The notes under the pieces were generated by a model. The model was not told the DNA's origin. It was given only the letters and a program-made list of their open reading frames with translations, and searched no databases. Positions 54,639-64,000 of a stretch of DNA of 64,000 nt are shown piece by piece (position 1 is the stretch's first letter; each line of letters begins with the position of its first letter). The DNA comes from Mustelus asterias (taxonomy: Eukaryota), in contig NC_135821.1 in the NCBI RefSeq assembly GCF_964213995.1, forward strand, positions 73,036,001-73,100,000. Direction: 5' to 3'. Made by a program: the position numbers and the translations under genes.

Positions 54639-54983
54639 TTAGAAATCTTAGAAACCCTACAGCACAGAAAGAGGCCATTCGGCCCATCGAGTCTGCACCG
54701 ACCACAATCCCACCCAGGCCCTACCCCCATATCCCAACATATTTACCCACTAATCCCTCTAACCTACGTATCTCAGGACACTAAGGGTAATTTTAGCATG
54801 ACCAATCAACCTAACCCGCATATCTTTGGACTGTGGGAGGAAACCGGAGCACCCGGAGGAAACCCACGCAGACACGAGGAGAATGTGCAAACTCCACACA
54901 GACAGTGACCCAAGCCGGGAATCGAACCCAGGTCCCTGAAGCTGTGAAGCAGCAGTGCTAACCACTGTGCTACCGTGCCGCCC
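54639..54983 (-). mobile_element. V-SINE (HE1-like), full length
   Basis: Head, core and tail match the other copies. Confidence 0.92.
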
Positions 54984-57784
54984 TTATGATCCTTACATTT
55001 AACCATACCAAATGAGCAATACTGAAAACAGCATACCCTGCAGCTGTCGGGTGTGAATGTAATGCCCTCTACTGTCCCAACTGACCATCAATAGTCACTA
55101 GTTAAGGCTCAAGCCTGAAGTACAGCCACTTGAATAAAGATCTTATGGGTTACGGGACACATGCACAAAACCTAAAGTGCAAGACAGGAGAGAAACTCAT
55201 TATTGAAACAAACTAGTAAATTATGAACTCAATGTTGACTTGGCACTTTGCTAATTCATGCTACAAATAATGGCTTGACTATTGTTCAATGATATTGCTC
55301 ATTATATTTTAACAATGCTGACGAACAAATGGAGCAAACTTTAGGACAAATACAGAATTGTCTCCCAATATCCCTCCAGGAGTGAACTGAAGATGAGGAA
55401 CGTGTCACATGAAAAACTGAGTGCATTCTATTACCTGCAAAGGTTGTAAACCAATGCAGCATGCAACAGAATGCTTCCAGCCACAGGTATTTGAAATAAA
55501 ACAAACTGAGGTTTGTGTCCTTTACAGAAGGAAATCTTTCATCCTTACCTGGTCTGGCCTACAAATGACTCCAGATCCACAAGCAATGTGGTTGACTCTT
55601 AACGATACTGTGAAATGGTCCTGCAAGTCACCCAGTTCAAGGGCAATTGAGGGAGAGGCAAGAATTGTTAGCCTTGCCAGCGATGTCCATATCCCATGAG
55701 AGTAATTGTATTAGCAGAACATCAGAATTATTTCTTTCTTTCTCTGCGTGAAATCAGTTAACATGCACTGTCACAATCGTCGTCAAGTTTGATTCTCTCT
55801 CAATCTACGCTGCCAGCAATGGTTATGTTCAGAGTTTAAATTATTTTTGCGCTTTTCACAAGAGGAGCAATGTGAACGCATGCAGCAACGAGGCTGCAGG
55901 ATTTGTTTCCCAGTTATGAAAAAGATTGCAAGTGAATATTTCTTTGCACAAATGTAAGCAATTCCACAGTAGACACAACTAAAAAAGCTTTTTCCCTCAT
56001 GCTACCTATCAGACAGATGCGCATGTTGAGTGGTCCGCTTTCTACTCAATACTTCTGGCCACTGAACCTGTCATTAACCAAAACTCATGTAGCAAAGACA
56101 TACAGAGGAAAACAGTACACTGCACATTTTTTTCAATATGGCAAATATTCTTTTACGTGTTACTAAAGGTAAAGTTTGCAGCACCAGCAGCCACTCTCCC
56201 AACTAAAAGGTAATTTTTGCGCACACATTTATTTATCAAGCAAAGAAAAATTAAGTTTGTGTTCAAAAGAAATGTCCTCTATAAATGGTTGAGCTAGTGC
56301 TAACCAAGTCAAAACGTCACTAATTCTAATCAATTTGCTAATCTCAACCCGGGTGGCTTTGATTAGGCAACTCAATTGGCCGCAGCTTCCATGTGTGTTT
56401 ATTTTTAAGTTTGTTCTCGGCATGTGGGTACTGCCAAGCGTTTATTACCAATCCCTAATTGCTGAGAAGGTGTGGTCAGCCTTCTCTCTGGCGAGTAGTC
56501 TTTGTGTTAGCGTACTGACATTTCAGGATTCTGACCAGGTGACAATGGGCAGATTTTTTAAAAAGCAAGAATTTTTCACTCCTGATCTCCACCTAGTGAA
56601 TTCTGCCACAAAGTGCGCTTGTTGGGTGAAGACAAGACAAACGTGGACTGCAACTTCCCTCTGTCAATCATCACTGTTGCACATTAAGAACGGTTGCTTT
56701 GACAAAGTACTAGATTGGTGCCTATGACACCATTTCCTGAGCATGATTCAAGATTCAGTGCCTTCGGGAATGCTTTGTGTCCAATGAATTACTTCTGAAT
56801 GTCAGCACGTTAAGTGGACAAATGCAACAGCCAACTTGTACACTGCAGCGTCTCACTGAAAAAGCAATAAAATCTCAGATATACTGCTTTTGATTAAAGA
56901 GTGCATGTTGGCCCGGATACCAGAACTCCCCTGCTCTTCATTAAACAGTACTACAAGGTATTTTATGCCCACCTGAACAGGCTAGGCCTCATTTTAACAT
57001 CTCATTCAAAACATGCCACGTGGAAAATAAATGCAAGCTGTTGCTGAAGTGGTGGCCATGGCTCTGGACTCAATGACTCCAGGTATGGTCAACCTTGCTT
57101 AAGACCATTTTTGGTTCACAGTTCTGGACCCCATATTATAAAAAGCTCAGCGGGACACCAGGGGAGGCGTACAGTAAATTGACACAGCTAATTCCAGGCT
57201 GAGACAGTCTATTTATCAGAAAAGGCAAAACAGATTAGGGTTCTGACTCGAGGAAAGAAAGGCTGAAAGATGACCTGTTAGAGGTTTGTCAAAATAGACA
57301 GGGAGAAGCGATTTTCATTTGTGGGACAAATAAAAACTAGGGACCATCAAATAAGATAGCCACCCAATAAGTTGTGTGTGTGGAATCCATAAAGCTGCCA
57401 GAATGTGAAACCACCAATACTGAATAGTTGAGGTAAATAACATATACATTTCAGAGGAAGCTGGATAAATGCATGGAGGGAGAAAGCAGTCATGTTCAGA
57501 GGAGGGATTGGAGGAGGCTTGCGTGTAGCATAAACACAGGCATGGGCCAAATGGTCTGTTGACTTGACATATCTCTACTAGTCCTACAGCGAGGCTCCAA
57601 TTCCTGAACTTCTGACTCAAGAGATTACATAAGAAATATTTGTAATATTTATACAAGGATTGTTGTAACAGTGAAATGCAAGTTGAGATGTTTGTTGGCT
57701 GCAATGTGTTTTTGGCTGTATGTAATTAAGGGTGAGCGATTAGGAAATGTCTGAGTGTTTCATACAATAAGGAAAGCCACTGAC

Positions 57785-58240
57785 CTGGTGATGTTCAACA
57801 TGGATGCTGTCTCCTGTAGGCCAGCGGTGCTTCCCATTGTAACCGCTGCCTCCACCACCTCCTCCGCCACCTCCACTACCACCACCCCCAGCTACTCCAC
57901 TGCCACCGCCTCCCCCCAGATGCTCCCCGGGCTGCCGCTGGAAGAAATAATCCACCATGGCATCGTCCTGCGAGCGGCCCGCGGCTAGCGCAAGCGCCGG
58001 CACAACTACTGGCACGGGCGGCCCCATCGAGCCGGGGCCTTGCGTGGAAACCGAGGCGGCGGCCAGCGCCTGGGAGGCGGCGTGCTGTTGCTGCTGTTGC
58101 TGGGGGCCGGCAGCGGAGGGTCCTGTTAACACCACGGGCATGTTGTGAGCGACGCTGTTACCAAAACTGTCCTGAGGCGGCGGCTGCTGCTGCTGATACG
58201 GCTGCTGGGGGAGGGAGTCCTGCCAGAGCACTTCATTCAT
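57785..58240 (-). CDS. PUM1: Pumilio homolog 1, coding part of exon 2 (exon probably begins at 58277)
   Basis: Encodes VLWQDS...NMPVVLT...[17 protein letters not shown]...[16 protein letters not shown], the PUM1-specific N-terminal extension. Acceptor tttgcag| precedes 58277 and the donor is CAG|gtcagt, phase 0. Confidence 0.93.
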
Positions 58241-60599
58241 ACCTTAAAAACACAGGGAACAACCATTCCACCTACACCTGCAAACCAAAACACAAACAAT
58301 AAAGCAGTTTTAGATATTTTTGCAAACATTAAAAGTGTATACTTTAAAAGTAGAATTTTGTTTTTATTTTTTAGTAAGTATTTAAAAATATGCTTCCCCC
58401 CCCCCCCCAAGAACCATATAAAATGACAGAATTAGTTTGAAACATTTCCTTACTGAAAGAGGGCTTTGATAGTACTTCAACATGCAAACCCTGCCCCAAG
58501 TTCCCCACGTGTTGGAATATGCTGTTAATTTTAAAATGATCACGTGCAAATGTGAATAGAGGGAGCTTCCCCCGCCTCCTTTAAAAATAAGATTTCAGAA
58601 ATAAGGACGTGAACATCTCAAAATATTTCAGGAAATAAATCCACATATACATTTAACAAACAGAAAACAAAATTGAACAGGACGGGGATTCATTAAAATG
58701 GTTTTGAACAGCCCGTGAATCTCTCAATACATCCCATGTGTTGCAACATACTTTACAACATAAAGTAAAAATCAAATCATAAAATTCAGGGGCACATGCC
58801 AGGAAGACTTTTTTTAATATTAATTACTTCTTTGAATAGCACATGACCATGTAATCCCCTGCCTCTTATTTTCCATGTGCTTAAATGCAAGTTTACAAAT
58901 TAACACGGAAATTCAAAATATAGCAATGATATTTGACGAGCACTGAACAAGCAACAACCCCCTCACCCCTCCCCCAACCACGCATGTGTCTTGGCACTGC
59001 AGAATATAGAGATTCAAAGACAAACAGAAACCAAAATACACATTGTGCAGAAATACTAGAAGTGCTGGGCAGGGGATATTCCACACACACATTGCAAATT
59101 TTCACGGTCTCCTGATTCTTTGGTACCAAATGGAAATTATATTATTTCAATTAGGTTTTTGAATAGTGGACGAGCCTGCCATCTCATCGCTACATCTGTG
59201 TGTCTGAACATGTATTTATTAAAAATATACAAAGTCTGAACAGACGTGACCGGAAGGCGTTAAATTGCAGCTCGATTAGAAACAAGCTTTCCTCTTAATT
59301 CTGTGTAATTCACACCCCGAGTCAACCATGCTTTTTATACACGCAGCCCCATTAAAAAGGGAACATGAAGCCCAGCACACACACATCTAAAGAAAAATGG
59401 AAAACAGGGGTGAGGGGAATTTTATCAGTCAACTAAGCAAGCCCATGCATTTCACATACCTTTCAACAAAACATTGTGCTGGTTAAAATACACTTTGCAC
59501 AATTACACTGAAGATAAATTAAACAAAAAAAAAATGCCAAGTGAATTGAGTAATCAAAATGTGTGTGTGTGTGTGTACAACTATTACCCTCAGCTGAAAT
59601 CACGAAAAAAAAAGCGAAGAACTCCAAAAGAAAAATTCCTTCCCCAGTTAATGTAAAATGTGCATCATCCAAAAGCACACGAGGCAGAAAATTAACAGCA
59701 AAAAAAATCCTCATTTTAAACTCAAAATGTACGCTTCAGGAACAGCCACAGTTGGGACATATGCAGAAACCATACAACTTTCCTAATTACAGGCCTGGCA
59801 TGGGCTGCACCAACACCTACAAGAGAGAAGAATTAACACCCTAACATCTGAATTTTAGACAATACCAGCTCTCAACGCAAACTGATCCTGCACACAAACT
59901 AGCTCTCACAAATTTCACTATTCGCCCCATCAGCGTTTAAAAATATGGGAATTATAACTTACTGAAGAGTGTTTATTCTCTCCCCCCCCCCTCCCCCCCC
60001 TTTCCCTGAGGCAACCTTGTTTTTTGTTGTACCTTACCGAGGAGCAAAATAACCCATTCCCACCCAGAGGAGGGGAAAAAATCATTTCTTTTGCAAGTGT
60101 ACTTAAGTGCCCACATATTATTTCACAGCAAAGCAGACCCCCTTTTTTTTGCAAAACAAAATCTTAGTTTCACCCAAGTGCAATGTCCTCCACACACCAC
60201 CACCACCCCCCCCCCCCCCCCCATTTCACAATCCTTTTGATCCAGGCGTAGATTTCGAGCTTATTTCAGAGCCAGTAAACAAATATTTCAATTGATGTTG
60301 CAATGGTGAAAATAGCCCCAGTTGTCTCATGCACTGAAACTAGCCTCCCTTCCCCATTGTAAAAAAAAAGCCTCGGTTTCCTGAAATAATTGAAAGCAGC
60401 ACATTTTCCTTGGCCCTCCCCGCAAACTTTAAGCATCTGGCTTTGTGCAGAAGTGGGTCAGCCTTTAAATGGACCCCCTTTCCCCCTCTTAAAGTGCCCC
60501 CCATTAGTGACAATGCTGCCTGTGCCTCCCCTCCCCCACACACACACACATACACACACATTACAACAATGGCCCCCGAGCTCAAAACACTGGGCAGAA

Positions 60600-60900
60600 A
60601 GGGGCGCGGGAGGAAAAGTAATCGCACCGTTTCTCCCCCTCCGGCGCCCCGCCGCCCCTCAATATCGGGCCCGCCGGCTCGCCGGGCGTCTCGGGTGTCG
60701 ACTGGCGGGGTCGGGCGGCGGTACTCACGGGCAGAGAGGGCGGATTGCAGCGGATTGCGGCCCCCCTTTCTCCGAGGCTTCTCTGTCTACAACATGGCGC
60801 TACGCTGGGACACTCAGGCGCAAGGCATGCTGGGCGAGGGCAGCCTCCCCTCCCCCACCCACTTCCCTCTCTGCCTTTGTCTCCCTCACAGCATCTTGCA
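60600..60900. promoter_or_regulatory. CpG-island promoter of PUM1 with YY1-type motif (AACATGGCG, 60791-60799)
   Basis: Dense CpG and GC boxes in an otherwise CpG-poor window, surrounding exon 1. Confidence 0.75.
60729..60805 (-). other. PUM1: PUM1 non-coding exon 1 (5' end approximate)
   Basis: The minus strand reads gcgccATGTTGTAG...ggggggccgcaatcc...ctctgccc|gtgagta, with a strong donor after 60729, inside a CpG island. It resembles my recollection of the human PUM1 5'UTR (GCCGCCATGTTG...CCGCCC|GTGTTGGTGGAATG). Confidence 0.75.
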
Positions 60901-61050
60901 AACAGGTGCCAGCTTCACCTCCCCCCCTTCATACCCCCTTCAAAACCCACCCTCACCATCATCTAACCCTTCCATTTATTAATATCCTTCATTCCCACAA
61001 CTTAAAACTCAATTCAGGAGTGCAAAGAAAAGGGGGAGAAAGACACCAGA

Positions 61051-61666
61051 CCTTTATTTCAAAACACTGACAATGCAATTAATTGCAAATCACAAAATGT
61101 GGCCTAATTTCTCTTATTGTATATTTACATTAAGATCCACACATTTCTCCCCCCCCCCCCAATGAAGTTATTTAGCCCTCCTTCAATTAAAAATAAACTT
61201 TATTGCAAAGCACACTGACAATGCAATTGCAAACCACAAAATGCGGCCTAATTTCTCTTATTGTAATATTTACATTATGGTCCACATATTCTCCTCCCCC
61301 CCACTTTAAGTTATTTAGACCTCGTTAAATTATAAAGAAAGCAGGAAACTTTCTTTCAAAGCACTAACAGTGCAATTGTAAACCATGAAATGTGGCTTAA
61401 TTTCTCTTATTGTATATTTACATTATGGTGAACACATTTCCCAAACCCAACCCCACCATCAAATTATTTAGCCCTCCTTATATTCAAAAGGAAAAAAAAT
61501 CCTTTCAAAACACTGACAATGCAGTTGCATACCACAAAATGTGGCCTCATTTCTCTTATTGTATATTTACATTATGGTCCATACATTTCTCTTCCCCTCC
61601 CCCCCCCTCCCGCCCCCCCAAAAAAGTTATTTTGCCCTCGTTAAATTAAAAAGCAAGCAGGAAAAT
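61051..61666. repeat. Tandem array of 4 diverged ~150-bp units upstream of PUM1 exon 1
   Basis: Units start at about 61051, 61198, 61349 and 61500. They share cactgacaatgca...aaatgtggcctaatttctcttattgtatatttacatta, then a C-rich run, then agttatttagccctc. Confidence 0.95.
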
Positions 61667-62735
61667 AAATTAAGGGCAATGTCGCATGCCCTGGACAGAC
61701 TCTCGTCAGCTGGAAGCTGCAAAAAACAAAGTGCTGCTTGGTTTTTATTTTGGCATGGTGAATTTGTACATGCAAGTTTGTGCAACCGGCAGCTGAAGGC
61801 GGATTTTCGTCGCAGGCCGATGACGGTGTTGCGTTCACACTCCTCGAGAGCAAATCGTACGAGGGGCACAGGAGTCGAGTACAGAAAGCAGCGCAGTGTG
61901 ATATTTTTTGCAGTGGGCAGCACTTAGATGCGAATTGGACATTAACCAGGACAGCTAACGTGTCCAAAAGAGCAGTGGACAGGAACGGGGACGGGGGGAG
62001 GGAGGGGAGAAATGTAAGGGAAAATGTAAGGCACGATTCTAGAATTTGGAACAGCAACAGCAATATAAGGGAATGAAGACTTGTGGAAAGGAGAGAGTGG
62101 CAGGAAGAGGGCACACATCAGTGTCCTGGATAGTATTTATCCCTCAAATGGACATCATAAAAACATGAGTGTGGCTGGAAAAAAAAGACATTTATTGTTG
62201 AAGTTTTTCATCTTGGACTCATCAGGACATTCGCAAGAGTACAATATCAGAGGAAATCAACAAAATTATTGTATATCAGAAGAGAGTGCTGATTGATTAG
62301 CAGGTGGATTCTGATTGATAATGGTGTTGCCATGGCAAATGCACCAGTTGATGGTGACCGACAATTAAAAGATATTAGTTGGCACACTGACGTTAGTGCT
62401 GTGCACTAATTAGCTGCCTGGAACAGTGATTAAACTGCAAAAGTACTTTATTGGTTGTAAAGCACTTTGGGACGTCCTTTGGTTGCGAAGGGTGTTAGTT
62501 AAATGCAAATTTATTTTCCTTCTCATTTGCCCCAACTGTTGCACCTTGACGATCTTAGCCAGGTGGGAGTTCCAAAAATGTACGTTTATGCAAACAATAT
62601 ACCATTTATACAGTGCCTTTAACATAAGGAAATGTCCAAAGGGTAGGTGACCATACCCAAGGAGAGGGCACCATTTGCAATATTAGGGCCCGGGAAGAAA
62701 ATTTCGGTCAGCTGTTTATGGGAGACTGGGTCAAA

Positions 62736-63051
62736 ATCATAGGATCTCTACAGTGCAGAAGGTGGCCATTCAGCTCACCGACTCTCCAACAGCATCGCAT
62801 CAAGATCCTATCCACGTGAACCTATGTATTTACCCTGCTAATCCACCTAACCTGCATATCTTTGTACACATAAGGGGCAATTTAGCCAATCCACCTAACC
62901 TGCACATCTTTGGATCGTGGGAGGAAACCGAAGCACCCGGTGGAAACCCACGCAGACATGGGGAGGAGGTACAAACGCCAAACAGTCACCCAAGGCCAGA
63001 ATTGAACCCGGGTCCCTGGCGCTGTGAGGCAACAGTGCTAACCACTGCGCC
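62736..63051 (-). mobile_element. V-SINE with internal duplication
   Basis: Has the V core, and aatccacctaacctgca occurs twice. Confidence 0.85.
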
Positions 63052-64000
63052 ACTGGAGATGGGTCTTATGGACATTGAAAGGGATTGAGGGGAGACAGGG
63101 AAAAAAAAACTCAAGAAAGTGAATTCAGAGTTAGGGCATACTTAGTCTTTTACTTTCCAATCTTTTGATACGTTGGACACAGGAGACCAAACTTACCGTT
63201 CACTTGTTAGTAAAAAGATAGAAAGAACTTAGTTATTTAACACCTTTCATAACCTCAGGATGTTCCAAGGTGCCTTACTACCAATTATGAACTTTTGAGA
63301 GTTGTTTGTATTGTAATAGAGGGAATTGCAGGAGCCAATTTGTGAACAAGTAGGTCCCACAAACAGGAATGAAATAAATGACTCGATCAATTTTTAAGTG
63401 GTATGAACACAGGTCAGAACACCAGGAAGACTGTTCTGCTCTTCGAAGAACAGTACCACGGGCTCTTCTGTTCCAACTGCGAGAGCGAACAAGACCTCGT
63501 TTAAACACCTCATGCAAAAGCCAACACTTAGAACAGTGCAGAATTTCCTCAGTGCTACCCAGAAAGTGTCCGTCCACATTACGTGCTTCACGTACCTGAT
63601 GTTGGGCATGAATCCACAAGCCTCTGACTCAGAGGCATGAGTTCTGCCACTGACAACATGTCGGATAAAAACCCTTGCTCAAACTACGCCCAAGTACTTT
63701 TCCAACCGAACTGGACGCTTGACTGATTTTACACTCAGGAGGGAGCCAGTCAGCTCCTCAAGCCTATTTTGCCAGTCAGTGTAGATCACGGTAAATCTGG
63801 AACTTGCAATGTCAAGCACCAGTGGTGCGTTATTGTACCTGAAGGAATCTCAGACCATTGCATTCTATTGGTCACAATGGGGACCGACTCTATGGTTACA
63901 TCATCAACATTCCAACAGTGATGGCAGCAAGATCAAAACTGTACAACTTCACCCGAAGCCATTCAAATGTTGAAGATATTGCTGGCAATCTTGAAATCAC

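Noticed and set aside
60390-61070. 226-aa and 190-aa plus-strand ORFs
   Set aside because: They are stop-poor GC-rich promoter and microsatellite sequence with no recognisable domain.
61051-61666. CRISPR-like interpretation of the array
   Set aside because: Whole units are homologous with no unique spacers, and the context is eukaryotic.

Overview
This is vertebrate genomic DNA, very likely from a shark or other chondrichthyan, judged by its HE1/V-SINE, Deu-SINE, CR1, Rex-Babar and Penelope repeats. The window holds the 5' part of a Pumilio gene on the minus strand, best matching PUM1: a CpG-island promoter, non-coding exon 1 (~60729-60805) and coding exons 2-7, all GT-AG with consistent phases. 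The gene continues past position 1, and the PUF domain is not in the window. Most other ORFs in the track are repeat fragments or chance ORFs. Four signals stand out. (1) A 4-copy ~150-bp tandem array just upstream of the promoter, each unit keeping a perfect Pumilio response element (TGTAAATA) on the PUM1 strand. (2) The ATG homologous to the mammalian PUM1 start is 2 nt out of frame with the rest of exon 2, giving an overlapping uORF or an in-frame micro-exon donor. (3) A young Penelope-like element with a 257-bp inverted repeat, a hammerhead-like motif and a 12-bp TSD, nested in a CR1, plus several short palindromic Penelope-end insertions with ~11-bp TSDs. (4) A 420-bp MITE. Comparisons with human PUM1/PUM2 are from memory, not from a search, and repeat boundaries are approximate unless TSDs are given.
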